Positions 1 to 10,808 are shown, counted from the first letter of the stretch. The stretch: DNA of 64,000 nt from Candidatus Bathyarchaeota archaeon (GCA_963702095.1 OY969706.1:1792001-1856000), one strand, 5' to 3'. Program-made: numbers and translations. The notes: a model not told the origin generated them from the sequence alone.

Positions 1-411
1 GCCGTATCTGCCTGCTTTCCCCGCGGCTACTGCTTTTTGTGCTTGCTGGGTGTTGCAGTTGCATGTGGGGTTTTTGGCTTTGTACATTATCCACACGCCG
101 ATTATGATGGTAACAATCCCAAAAGCAAATGAAGAGTACATTTGAAACGGGGAGAGCATTGCATCGGACACAAAAAACCGCAGCAACCCGCCGAATAACG
201 CAATCAACCCACCAATCAAAGCGTAAGCCAAGATACGTCCACCGTTAAAGATCATGGTGAGTTTCACGCTTTTCTTAAAACCTGAACCAACACCCGCAAC
301 GTAACCCGCCACAATGGGCAAGCATGAGGCAGTGCAAACCGCTAAACCGTAGAGCAAACCGCCGGCTAATGCCCCAAGATACGGATTAGATATTTCAGGT
401 ATCAACGACAT
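1..411 (-). CDS. Membrane protein, DsbD_2/TauE-SafE (cytochrome c biogenesis-like) family; runs off the window
   Basis: Manual translation from ATG at 411: MSLIPEISNPYLGALAGGLLYGLAVCTASCLPIVAGYVAG...FNGGRILAYALIG; CxxxC in a TM helix and GRxxxY motif. Confidence 0.7.
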   Translation of the reverse strand, partial: MSLIPEISNPYLGALAGGLLYGLAVCTASCLPIVAGYVAGVGSGFKKSVKLTMIFNGGRILAYALIGGLIALFGGLLRFFVSDAMLSPFQMYSSFAFGIVTIIIGVWIMYKAKNPTCNCNTQQAQKAVAAGKAGRYG

Positions 412-550
412 GCAGCAGTTTCCTAAATGGAATTATTAAAGCAAATATAAGGTTAGAACATTTAAAGTTTACACATTTTTGGGTTGAAGCGTTTTCTTTG
501 CGTTCGTAGAGGATTAAATTCTGTTTTTGGTTGTTGCCGACCTCATCCTT

Positions 551-685
551 GTTTTTTCTAGTGTTAGAAGAAGAGAGTGTCGCCCTTACTCATCATCTTC
601 CAGTGGGTTTGGCTGTGGCGCCTGTTTTGGCATCTGCGTCTGGTTTGGGTTGCAGGCTGGTTGAGGCGGAGTCCACAAGCAGACC
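551..685 (+). repeat. Dispersed intergenic repeat family B, copy 1 (G/T-rich strand is +)
   Basis: 579-670 is the exact reverse complement of 19516-19607 (92 bp); also aligns with 25141-25275 and 60070-60212. Confidence 0.95.
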
Positions 686-736
686 ACACAAAACTGCCGT
701 TGATCTATTTTAAAGCCCCCATAACACAACCCACAC

Positions 737-1596
737 TTAACACAATACCCATTCAGCCCAAAGCCTATCAAAATAGCCGCGGCAAACTGCAACCAAACCC
801 GTGTGCTTACTCCACAAATCAGGCCCTGTGGTCAAACGAGCAGCCCATCAAAAGTCATAGCCACCTGTGCGCCGTCAAAAACGGCGATGACAGCTGCAGG
901 CGCATTAGGCATCGTCCGCAGCTCAAAAACCGCGCTATCAAGCGCATTTACCCATTTGGAGACGGAATATCGAGACGGTTTCTCAACAACCACACGCACC
1001 CGCACACCCCGCTTAAGAGCAGCCTTCAGCTCACCCTCAAAATGAAAACACAACTGCCTAAACCGCACCCAACTACAAACCAACTCAACACAACCCTGCG
1101 CCGCCTCCAACGCGGCGGCATATTTTTTGCCCCCTTCCCCCTCGCAGACTGCGCCAAAGCAGGGCAGAAGCGACTCCATCACCGATGGGGCTGGCGGGTT
1201 TTGGCTGAATTTCTCCGTAACATGCTTTGCCTTATGAGAAATCACCATTAACTCGCTAGCTCTAACCGCAAACAACGTCTTTACAGCCTCAGGAAACGGC
1301 ACCGCAACATAACTAACAGGAACCGTCAAATTCTTTTGCACCAGCCCCAACTGCTGCAACTCCAAAAGCAAACGATATGCCTCCTGACGAGCTACGCCTG
1401 CTGCGTTTGCAACAGGTCGCGCCCTAGCATCGTCCGCTTTAAGCAGTGCCAGATAGACACGCGCTTGCCGCTCTGAAAGACCCAGACCAATCAAAACCCC
1501 AACCCCCTCCAAACCAGCACGATTAAACGTTTGAGACAGCTTTCGCGGTTTAACTACGTTTGATTGCAATCTATTTTCACCTATAACAATACTCAA
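737..1596 (-). CDS. TrmB-family transcriptional regulator with a frameshift near 844
   Basis: N-terminal wHTH LGLSERQARVYLALL...YRLLLELQQLGLV. The track ORF stops at 832, but the adjacent frame continues ...GPDLWSKHTGLVAVCRGYFDRLW to TAA at 737. Confidence 0.8.
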
Positions 1597-1691
1597 TTAT
1601 TTGAGCATATATAATTTTTCTATCTTTAGCACAAAATAACGAGCATTTATGTTATCTGTGGGTTTAGCTCATAATCAACCAAGGGTTAGAT

Positions 1692-1955
1692 TTGAAGATT
1701 TCACAGATAGTCCAAATACCCAGCGTACGCATAATGCTATGCCTATACGAAAATGGCGACCTAAGACACGCACAACTATCCAAACTAACAACCAGCAGAG
1801 GAACCCTGAGCCTAAGCTTAAGAGAACTCGAACAAGAAGGCTTAATCCAAAGACAACTATTAGACACAAAACCTCTACAAAGCATATACAGCCTAACCGA
1901 AAAAGGAAAAACAATCGCCAAACAACTAAAAGAAATACAACAACTCATCACATAG
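1692..1955 (+). CDS. HxlR/MarR-type winged-helix regulator
   Basis: TLSLSLRELEQEGLIQR...YSLTEKGKTIA; divergent from the TrmB gene. Confidence 0.85.
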   Translation: MKISQIVQIPSVRIMLCLYENGDLRHAQLSKLTTSRGTLSLSLRELEQEGLIQRQLLDTKPLQSIYSLTEKGKTIAKQLKEIQQLIT

Positions 1956-2358
1956 GCTTCATGGGGCGGATGTAGTTGTGGCAGATTTGGTAGCCTTAAA
2001 GAATAGCTGTGTATTTTGGTTATGTTGCGAGTTGTTCTTTCTATACAAGTGCTTTTTTGTGTGGGATTTAGGTTTGGTTGTTCAGTGGGTTTTTTATTGT
2101 TAGGTTGGTGTATTTGTTGGGTTACCTTGACCAAAGACATAACTGATTGTGTGTAAGCGGTTATTGTTCTGTTTTATCCCAGATTGACTTCGTTTTTTCA
2201 GGAGACAGTTTTCGGGTTTGCCTGTTCGTTTGTGCTTAGACTTGATTTATCCTTCGCAGTTCTTCAGTTGGGTCACCTTTTTTGTGAGACGCCATACTTC
2301 TCATAGATTTAAGGAAATGTTTGTATTTAAAATTAGTAAAAAAGAAGAAAAAAGAGGT

Positions 2359-4569
2359 TTAGTTGATGATTCTTGTGTTGTATTGTTGCAGGTAGGCTTG
2401 GTATGCTGGGTCGTTGGGGTAGTGTTCGTCGGTGGTGTAGGGGAAGCCGCTCATCGCTTGGAAAGGCATCGGGTCAACGGTGAAGGTGAAGCCGTATCCC
2501 CATTCTCCCGGCGGGTCCTTGAACCAAGAGGCGACGACGAAGAAGTAGTCGCGTACCATGCCGGGTGCGGGTTCGGTGAGGTTTGCGGCTGGGAACAGCA
2601 GGTTAACTTGGTCGCCTTGTCTCCCTACAACGAACATGTCGTCAGCGTCTTGTAGTAGCGGCAGTACGTCTCCGTAGCGTGTGAATGCGCCTGTGGACTG
2701 TGAGGTTGTGTCCCAGAGTTGACTAAGGACTGCGGAGGATGGGCTGATTATTTGTGTGGTTATGTTTGCTTGGTTGGAAGTGTCGATGCCGATGTAGTCG
2801 TAGGTTACGTTCCAGTAGTTGTTGAATCTGATTTGGTAGTCAGTTACGTCTGGCGGGAAGATGCCTGTTATGTTGACCGTGTAGGTTCTAGCTCTGTAGT
2901 CTGATGGTAGGGGTATGTCTTGGTTAACACGTATCCAAGTGCCGTTGGCGGCTTTAACTTCTAAGTAGGGCGCTGGCGAAATCTCAGTGTTACTGGTGAT
3001 CAGGCCTTGGGCTGCAGCGTCTTTGAAGCTGTCAATCCAGTTATAATACGAATCAGCGGGACCCCAGTCAACGATGCCACGGATGACCAACTTTACTTCG
3101 GATGCCCCGGTCAAATTGCCAAGGTCCAGCGTTAACTGGTTTAAGGTAATATTATTCCATATGCTGTCATAACCGTTAACGCCGGGCGTGAACACACCAT
3201 CTATGCTGCTTAGCTGCGGCAAGACGTTTTCGCCTTTCTCGTTGGTAGCGCTGATTGGCGAGGTGGTAGTTTGGTTGGTAACTGTGTAAACTTTGCCGGT
3301 GGAGCCGTCGCTTAGGTAACTGGTCAGTGACATATAGGCGTCGGTGCCAACAGGATGGTCGACGCATAGCAGAGAGGCTTGGTCTAGGTAGAAGAGTTCG
3401 TTCCACTGCTGCGTAAGGGTGAAGCCGTAGTAACCGTCTTTAGTTTTAAGTAAGCTATTGTCTAACTTGACGTAGTCGAAGGGGTTGCCGTCTTTAAACA
3501 CGATGGTTCCAGCAGGGTCTATGTAGCCGATGTAGCCCAGCCAACCCGAATTGGAAACCTCAGTGACATATTGGTAACCGGTGCCGTTCCAAAAGTACAG
3601 CGACGGACAGCATGCATAGCCGCTGATGAGGGTGTAGGTGGCAACCAAAATCGTGCGTTTATCCACGGTAAAGGTATGGGTCGCGCTTGTTGAGCCATCA
3701 CTCCAATACGAGAACGCCAAGACCCCAGTGCCCACGTCAAAGGGGTTAGGGACCGTCACGGAGTATTCCCCCACGGGCACAAGAGCCATGTAGGTGGTTT
3801 CATGGTTTTCGCCATTGAGCGTAAACGGCAAAGCCTTCGAGCCGCCGCCTGATCTGCCGATTGTAAGGGTGTGGTAACCTTCTTTCACGACGGTATAGGT
3901 GCCGCTTAAGGTGTTTAGTTTAACGTTATGTTTGCCCTCGTTTGACGCGGTGAGGTTAAACACTACTTGTTGGCTGGCACCTGCTTCTAACTCTATCATC
4001 TGTGAATCCACAATGTCGCCGTCATCTGTGACAGTGATCATTAACCGGTCAGTTTCTCCGGAAGGATTGAGTGCATCAGCTGTCACCCTAACGGTTTGGT
4101 TAGGCCAAACCTCATATGGGTCGGATTTATAGTTTGAAAGCACGATTTTACTGGATTCCGGTGGAGCAGGCTTAAGGAGGAAGGACCCCTCTAAATCGCC
4201 GATTTTGACGCTGTAGTTGCCGTCTTTCAATTTAAGAACTGTAAAGTCAATGATCTGGGAATCCCTCAAACCCGCTAAAGTAATGTTCTGCGAATCCTCA
4301 ATAGCCCCGTTAATTTCCAAATTCACCGTAGTATTGCCTTCAACATCCCCTTGGTTGGTCACGTTGACAGTGATGTCGATGCTTTGCCCCACAAAAGCTT
4401 CAAGGGGGCTCACCGTCAAATCCGAATAGGTGAAGGTTGCGGGTTTCGCAGCGCCAGTGATTACGCCCTGACTTTGCAGGTAAAAGTAAACTCCTACCGC
4501 TGCACCAACAATCAATAAATCGATAATCAAAATTGCTTTTAGTTTTACTACAGCAGACCGAGACAGCAT
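2359..4569 (-). CDS. Membrane-anchored extracellular protein with CARDB/Ig-like domains
   Basis: N-terminal TM helix; two CARDB-like repeats (VNVTNQGDVEG, DALNPSGETD); C-terminal domain starting CCPSLYFWNG. Confidence 0.75.
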   Translation of the reverse strand: MLSRSAVVKLKAILIIDLLIVGAAVGVYFYLQSQGVITGAAKPATFTYSDLTVSPLEAFVGQSIDITVNVTNQGDVEGNTTVNLEINGAIEDSQNITLAGLRDSQIIDFTVLKLKDGNYSVKIGDLEGSFLLKPAPPESSKIVLSNYKSDPYEVWPNQTVRVTADALNPSGETDRLMITVTDDGDIVDSQMIELEAGASQQVVFNLTASNEGKHNVKLNTLSGTYTVVKEGYHTLTIGRSGGGSKALPFTLNGENHETTYMALVPVGEYSVTVPNPFDVGTGVLAFSYWSDGSTSATHTFTVDKRTILVATYTLISGYACCPSLYFWNGTGYQYVTEVSNSGWLGYIGYIDPAGTIVFKDGNPFDYVKLDNSLLKTKDGYYGFTLTQQWNELFYLDQASLLCVDHPVGTDAYMSLTSYLSDGSTGKVYTVTNQTTTSPISATNEKGENVLPQLSSIDGVFTPGVNGYDSIWNNITLNQLTLDLGNLTGASEVKLVIRGIVDWGPADSYYNWIDSFKDAAAQGLITSNTEISPAPYLEVKAANGTWIRVNQDIPLPSDYRARTYTVNITGIFPPDVTDYQIRFNNYWNVTYDYIGIDTSNQANITTQIISPSSAVLSQLWDTTSQSTGAFTRYGDVLPLLQDADDMFVVGRQGDQVNLLFPAANLTEPAPGMVRDYFFVVASWFKDPPGEWGYGFTFTVDPMPFQAMSGFPYTTDEHYPNDPAYQAYLQQYNTRIIN

Positions 4570-4759
4570 CCTTTCAACTCACTCAATTACAGTTTATACA
4601 ATGCGAGGTGTACATTAAAACTTTATTGAATACAACATGCAGCGATGTGTGTATTTGGAATTGCAATCCGCATGACTTTTTAATCGATCTCTTAAGGGCT
4701 AAGTGAGCAAAGAAACGGGGAAAGCGGCAAAGTTGGGTGGATCCAGCCAGCCATTATAC

Positions 4760-6224
4760 CTACGTGTACTCAACTCGCCGTAGCTTATTCTTCGCCACCA
4801 CCGCAAACCCCTTGTACAAACCCTTCAGTAGCGAACTGTACCATTTATTTGAAAGAGATGAATCGATCAAGTCATTAACCCATCTGAAGTCGTGTTCAGC
4901 GCATTTAACAAAAAGCTGTTTATGCAGTGGACTTAGTTTTACTTCAGAAAACCAATCTTCTCTGCCCAACTTTCCCAGCGGCACAAAAAACAATGGCACA
5001 ATAAGGCTGCGATAATTTTTTAGATCATCAATTAACTCCATGGTTTTGAGGACGTCAGATTCTTGCTCATCAGGCAACCCAACAATCAACGTACATGCAG
5101 GAACAAGCCGATTGTCATGCATTAAACCCATACCGGCGAAAACCACTTCTCTCCACTGGTTTGGTTTAAACGGATGCGCCTTGGCAGGCATCAGTTTCTC
5201 CACTATCCTCGACGACCCGGTTTCCACTCCTATTTCCGCACCCCAGAAAAGTTGCTTTTGCAGAATAATCTCTGATAACTCTGAGAAAAGTTTTGGATTT
5301 GACGCAACAGCCGCGATTGAACAGTGGCTCCACGCCATGTCTGTGCACTTTTTTGTTACATAATTATGTAGTTCAAGCAGTCTTTCAGAGTTGGGGTATG
5401 TGTTGTTTGACCCGTATAGCATAACATCTTCTGCATGCAGACATGCACCTGTTTCACCTGCAGTCATGTTAACGTTGATTTCACGGTCTATTTTTTCGAT
5501 AGGGTACCATCTTAGTGGTCTTAGGGTTACATTGCAGAATTGGCAGCCTCTACAGCAACCTCTGCCGATTTCAGTTAAACCATTAATTGAACCCCCAACA
5601 ATGTCGGGGATCTCTTCTAAGTGAGGCGTTTCGGCAGCCGCAGCCTCATAATGCGTAGGCAAGTTTTGTCCCCTTAACGCTGCCTCAACAAGTTTACCGA
5701 TGGCTTTTTCCGCTTCACCTTCTACAATGCAATCAACGCCTAAATCTGCCCTGGCTCTCTCGGTAACGGAACTGCCATGCCCCCGGTCCACCAACAACAA
5801 CTTTCAAACCACTTCTTTTCGCCTTTTTAATAGCTGGGTTATTTAGTAAGGACCGGAAATGTTGTGCAAGAAACGGTTCTTTTCGGAAAAAGGAAGCAAA
5901 AGTTGTGGATGCTGGACCTAAACCAAAAGGGTCCATGGCATGTATTCCCAGCACTTTTGCGTCATGTAGAAAACTGCTCAGATAATCTGGGCTCACTACC
6001 TTAACGGTGAAGCCTTCTTTTAGTAACTGGGCTTCTATTTTTCGTAGCCCATAGGGTGCGACAGATAATTCGCCTTTACAGGATTTAAGGGGTGGAAAGA
6101 AAAGGTAGCTGTAGAGCCAGCCCGGGATAATGTTTGGGGGAGCACAAGCGCCAAACCCGGCGAATTCGTTGTTATGGTAATTGCTCATCACGGTTCTGTC
6201 GGCAGTTAAAATTACGTCAACCAT
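4760..6224 (-). CDS. B12-binding-domain radical SAM protein, split by a frameshift near 5757
   Basis: ORF 5733-6224 has APYGLRKIEA and VVVGGPGAWQ; ORF 4760-5800 has EIGRGCCRGCQFC (CxxxCxxC); the junction lies in a GAGAGAG run. Confidence 0.85.
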
Positions 6225-6532
6225 GTGATTCTCGCCTTAAAATGCACCCAAAATACTGGAAAGAACGTAGTGATAGTCAGTAGTTGGGATGCTTTTAAAA
6301 AACGTGTAACTTTTCAATTAATTTCTTGATATAGCCACTAATAAGACTGTGTGGTTGCATTTGACAGCACCTCCTGCGTATGAAACAAAGAAAAGGACTG
6401 CAAGCGGGATAACGCAGCCGCTAAGGTTAGAGGCTTTCTGTGATTGTGCATGCGCAACTACATAGCCATATATATTTTCATCCGCTCTAAAATGAAACGA
6501 GTAAGCAATACCATTTTTAGGAGAAGGTTCGA

Positions 6533-7294
6533 ATGGTTAAACCCCAAAAACCTTTGGCTACCACTTTGCTATTGTCACTGGTAATATTTGCAGCAATAGG
6601 CTTTGCCAACATAAACACCGAGGCACAGGGCACTGCAACCGTTGCATTCCTAGATTCCATCGGCGGCATCACCGACCCAACAGGAACCCAAACCTACGCC
6701 GACGGCACACCCGTACAAATAACCGCAACCGCAACCGACGCCGGCTACATATTCTCGAACTTTATCATTTTAGGCCCGGGTTCGACAACAACCACTACCA
6801 CAGACAGCACAACTACGCTCACAGTTCAAGGCGGAGAAACCTACGTGGTCCAAGCAGTTTTCACTCCACTACAGGCCCCGCCCGGAAGCAATCTGCCGGT
6901 CGCATCAGAAATGGCTAACGCGGCAATCGTTGTTGTTTTGCCATCTGCTGGAGGAACCACAACTCCAATGCCGGGAACCTACGTTTTAGCAAACGCAACC
7001 TCGCTTAACCTCTCTGCAACAGCCGACAGCGGTTGGACATTCTCACATTGGGTAATCTCAGGCGTAAACGTTACAGAAAGTCACGGTGGATACCCGGTTA
7101 ACTTAGAACCAACTGATAATCCGTACAACGTAAATCATGGCTATGGATCAACTTTTGAGTACCAGGCAGTTTTCACTGAAACCAACGCGCCCTCCCCGTC
7201 TATTCCGGAGTATTCGGTAGCAGTAATAGTGGTTGTAGCATTAGCGTTAATCTTCAGTGCAGTAGCGACGATTGTCTATAAGCGGAAAAAATAA
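6533..7294 (+). CDS. Secreted repeat protein with a PEF-CTERM-like C-terminal sorting signal
   Basis: Signal peptide; two GGxTxP...ATADSGWTFSHW-type repeats; C-terminal IPEYS + TM helix + YKRKK. Confidence 0.75.
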   Translation: MVKPQKPLATTLLLSLVIFAAIGFANINTEAQGTATVAFLDSIGGITDPTGTQTYADGTPVQITATATDAGYIFSNFIILGPGSTTTTTTDSTTTLTVQGGETYVVQAVFTPLQAPPGSNLPVASEMANAAIVVVLPSAGGTTTPMPGTYVLANATSLNLSATADSGWTFSHWVISGVNVTESHGGYPVNLEPTDNPYNVNHGYGSTFEYQAVFTETNAPSPSIPEYSVAVIVVVALALIFSAVATIVYKRKK

Positions 7295-7702
7295 TTTCCT
7301 CTCTTTTTCTTTTTTCTCAGTTAAGCCTACTCAAATAGAAACTCGCCACTTGTTTTTAGAAGGGTAATAGTTGTTTCTGCGCCAAGGCCCTCTCTGCAGG
7401 GGTTTCTGCATAACAACGATTATACGTGCTCTACAAATTCAACGAGAATGGGTTTGATGAATTCTAATTTAACAAATCCAGAAGTAGCTCTTTTCTGAAT
7501 TTTTTTCTGTTTAGCATTTGGAAAATCAAATTTCGTTATAGTGATTGGTAGATTGCACATACTTGAATTGGGAACCAATTTTGCATTTACGTTTTATGAA
7601 GTTCTAATCCACAATTAACTCTTGGCGTGACCCAAAGAAATGAGGTTCATGACCTATTGCGGCAACTGTCTATGCCAATCGATCTCAACCGCCACTTGTT
7701 TG

Positions 7703-7735
7703 TTAGTCAAGAAACCTTGATGAAAAACTTTTTAT
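7703..7735 (+). promoter_or_regulatory. Conserved motif TTAGTCAAGAAACC followed by a TATA box
   Basis: Same motif and spacing to TATA at 15386-15399 and 18640-18653 on the minus strand. Confidence 0.75.
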
Positions 7736-7775
7736 CCGCAGTTTTCTCAACGCCTACTGTAGGAAACGGTAAAGT

Positions 7776-10610
7776 ATGAAACGCCAAACTGTACCGGTAA
7801 TTCTTGTTCTGCTTCTACTGGCTTCAATAGTAACAGGGCTAATCTCGCATGATTTAACTTTTGGGAACGCCGAGGCGGCTGACTCAACAGTTACCGACTG
7901 GCCAATGTTTGGCTACAACGCTGCCCACACAGGTTCACCAGACGATGTTGCACCGATAACCCACGACTTGCTCTGGAAATTCGACACGGGAGCGAGTTGC
8001 GATTGGATAATAAGTTCCTCTCCAGTGGTGGTGAACGGCGTTGTCTACATTGGCTCCGACGATGGGGTTTTCTATGCTGTGGATGCTTCGAGCGGAACCC
8101 CTATTTGGAGCCAGAAGGTCGGGGACTTTACGGCGATGACTCCTGCAGTCGTCAACGGGGTGGTTTATGCCTCTACTTGGGAAGGGCATGATTATGCTTT
8201 GAATGCTACTACGGGAGCGGTTATTTGGAACTCCTCTAGAATGTACAGTGCCTCTTCACCTGCAGTCGCCAATGGGCTGCACTACATTTTTTCAGGCAAC
8301 AGCTCTGTGATAGCGCGAAACGCTTCAACAGGAGATACAGTTTGGATCTGTGAAAACATCAGCCTTGGAGGCGAAAGTTCGCCAGTAGTGGTAGATAACA
8401 CCCTTTACGTCACCAGTTATGGCGGTGTCAGCGCAATAGATGCATCAACTGGTGAGCTGAAATGGGGCGGTAATATAGGCTTAGGCTCCACGTATAATTC
8501 TCCCGCCGTCGCCAACGGCATCGTTTATGCCAGCTGCCAAGGCGATGACCTTTGTGCGTTGAATGCCACCACAGGTGCACAGATATGGAATTACCCTATT
8601 GGCCCAAGTGACGCCTGCATGCCATCGGTAGCTGAAGGAATCGTTTATGCAGTTTCTTTAACCAATGGTGTCTATGCTTTAGACGCTGCAACAGGAGCTT
8701 TGGTTTTGAATAATCCCCTTAAAGTTTGGTGCTCTTCTTTGGCTGCTGCAGGCGGACTTGTTTATGCATGTAACAGCGACGGCATCCATGCATTGATTGC
8801 TGATACCGGCGCGGAACAGTGGAGTTATGCCCCAAGCAACATTAACATCAATTCGTGTCCCGCAGTTGCCAATGGCGTTCTCTTTGTTAAAAGTGGAGAC
8901 GGGTATCTGTATGCGTTTGGAAAGGCAAGTCACCCCTCAATTTCTCTCCAGCCAAAGTTTGGTTTTGCAGGCACCCAAGCGAGCGTTTTGGGAAGCGGCT
9001 TTGCGTCTGGCTCAACAGTAACCGTAACTTTCGGTGGAACAACCATTACTCTTAGCAGCTCAGCCGTTGATTCTTTAGGGCATATTGCAGGAGCCTTCAC
9101 AGTTCCAGCGTTAACTTCTGGGGACTACCAAATCTCTGTAACGGACGCCTCAGGCAACGTTGCTTCTGACAATTACTTAATCGTCACCCCTACAGCAATT
9201 ACGTGGCCAATGTACATGCATGACCCCCAACACTCAGGTTCACCCGATAACACAGCCGTAGTGGACAACTCTTTGCTCTGGAAGTTCAGTGTAGATAGAG
9301 CGAACATGATAATCAGGGTGGCTTCGTCAGCTGCAGTAGTCGGTGGCATAGTATACGATGCGTCACAGAACAGCTATGTTTACGCATTGGACGCTTATAC
9401 GGGCACTCGTTATTGGAGGTTTAATTTGGGCGGGTTGGGCACGCTTTCTTCGCCAGTGGTTGTCGACGGCGTAGTTTACATTGGAGGCGACTATGGAATA
9501 TACGCAATTAACGCTCACTCTGGGACCCAAGTTTGGAACAATCCATCACCAAGAGCTGTTGTCACTGCACCAGCCGTGTCGAATGGAGTGGTTTATGTAG
9601 GTTCATTCTTTGATGGAGTATTCGCTTTACGAGCGTCTGATGGTCAGCAGATATGGAGATACTCAGAAATCGGTGAAGTACTCACCTCCCCTACAGTATA
9701 TGGCAGCCTCGTCTATACTGGTTCAGAAGACGGGGACATTTACGCCTTGAACGCAGCAACCGGCACACTGGTTTGGAAATACAACTGCAGTGAAACCTAC
9801 CCCTATAACGGCGTTTCTGCTTCCCCTGTTGTAGCCAACGGAATAGTTTACACGGCATCTGAGAACGGTAACATCTTTGCCTTTAACGCTACAGCGGGCG
9901 ATAAACTCTGGAACCACACCACAGTTCCAGCGTCTTTACCATCTGACCCATCTGTTGCCAAGGGCATAGTCTACATTGAGTCGACTGGCGGTGTTTACGC
10001 TCTTAACGCCGACACAGGCGAAGAAATCTGGCACTCAACCAACGCTACAGGATTTAATGCGCCGGCAATTGCAGGCGGAGTAGTTTACGCAGCATGCAAC
10101 GACGACCACGGAAATCTCTATGCTTTGAATGCTGTTACAGGCGAGAAAATCTGGAATTACTCAATCGATGACTACTTCCGCTCGGCTCCCTCCGTCGCTA
10201 AAGGGGTAATTTACGTCGGAACAGAATTCGGCACCATCTACGCTATTGGTACGCCCCAAACCGTGCCCGACCCAACCCCCACACCAACGCCAACACCGAC
10301 TCAAGCGCCAACACAACCACCAACCACACCGGCTTCCACACAACCGCCTACAACAAGCAGCAAATCAACCGTAACCGATACACCTGCATCCCAACAGGCA
10401 TCTGAGCCCACGCCGACATCCACATCCAACCAGCCATCCACATTCCCCACGGTTAACACTGGCCCACAACAAAACCCCGCGCCATTCCCGGCAACGCTTC
10501 TAATCGCAGCTGGAGCAGGCGGAGCAGTGGCCGTTTTAGGCAGTGTAGGCTTGATCCGCCATAACAGAAGAAAGCTCTATGCGGCAAAGCATCAAAAAGA
10601 GCCTCGATAG
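7776..10610 (+). CDS. Surface protein with two PQQ-like (BamB-type) beta-propeller modules, a Pro/Thr-rich linker and a C-terminal TM anchor
   Basis: Two WPMF/WPMY...H(T/S)GS starts; many SSPVVxxGVVY...YALNAxTGxxxW repeats; PTPTPT linker; TM helix with basic tail. Confidence 0.9.
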   Translation: MKRQTVPVILVLLLLASIVTGLISHDLTFGNAEAADSTVTDWPMFGYNAAHTGSPDDVAPITHDLLWKFDTGASCDWIISSSPVVVNGVVYIGSDDGVFYAVDASSGTPIWSQKVGDFTAMTPAVVNGVVYASTWEGHDYALNATTGAVIWNSSRMYSASSPAVANGLHYIFSGNSSVIARNASTGDTVWICENISLGGESSPVVVDNTLYVTSYGGVSAIDASTGELKWGGNIGLGSTYNSPAVANGIVYASCQGDDLCALNATTGAQIWNYPIGPSDACMPSVAEGIVYAVSLTNGVYALDAATGALVLNNPLKVWCSSLAAAGGLVYACNSDGIHALIADTGAEQWSYAPSNININSCPAVANGVLFVKSGDGYLYAFGKASHPSISLQPKFGFAGTQASVLGSGFASGSTVTVTFGGTTITLSSSAVDSLGHIAGAFTVPALTSGDYQISVTDASGNVASDNYLIVTPTAITWPMYMHDPQHSGSPDNTAVVDNSLLWKFSVDRANMIIRVASSAAVVGGIVYDASQNSYVYALDAYTGTRYWRFNLGGLGTLSSPVVVDGVVYIGGDYGIYAINAHSGTQVWNNPSPRAVVTAPAVSNGVVYVGSFFDGVFALRASDGQQIWRYSEIGEVLTSPTVYGSLVYTGSEDGDIYALNAATGTLVWKYNCSETYPYNGVSASPVVANGIVYTASENGNIFAFNATAGDKLWNHTTVPASLPSDPSVAKGIVYIESTGGVYALNADTGEEIWHSTNATGFNAPAIAGGVVYAACNDDHGNLYALNAVTGEKIWNYSIDDYFRSAPSVAKGVIYVGTEFGTIYAIGTPQTVPDPTPTPTPTPTQAPTQPPTTPASTQPPTTSSKSTVTDTPASQQASEPTPTSTSNQPSTFPTVNTGPQQNPAPFPATLLIAAGAGGAVAVLGSVGLIRHNRRKLYAAKHQKEPR

Positions 10611-10628
10611 AGTGAAACATAAACAAAC

Positions 10629-10808
10629 CAACATACTTCCACACCCACATAGCGGCTGGTTCTGCATGGAGCCATGTTGCGCGTGTGGAGAAAAATGCAC
10701 TTTCCACACCGAAACAGGCATAGAAAAACGTTGCAACCGCAAAAAGCAATTGAGTTCTCAACCATTCTTGTGGCATGCCGTAAACCGCCACCCCACATAA
10801 AGAGAGAA
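10629..10808 (-). repeat. Dispersed intergenic repeat family A, copy 1 (G/T-rich strand is -)
   Basis: Aligns with 23632-23806, 44117-44297, 56058-56238 and 61131-61310; shared CACACCGAAACAG core and CACATAAAGAGA end. Confidence 0.95.

Noticed and set aside
531-713. Track ORFs overlapping repeats (531-713, 60048-60287, 19479-19670, 23576-23865, 44084-44375, 60858-61349)
   Set aside because: Their similarity to one another comes from the DNA repeat; starts and stops are not shared
577-1251. 224-aa plus-strand ORF and other long antisense ORFs (11881-12654, 39845-40384, 62525-63052)
   Set aside because: Shadows of well-supported genes on the opposite strand, with no recognisable motifs
10265-10450. 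C/A-rich quasi-tandem sequence
   Set aside because: Explained by the Pro/Thr-rich linker of the surface protein
10629-10808. Family A or B as a classical MITE/IS
   Set aside because: No terminal inverted repeats, target-site duplications or transposase visible; mobility remains an inference
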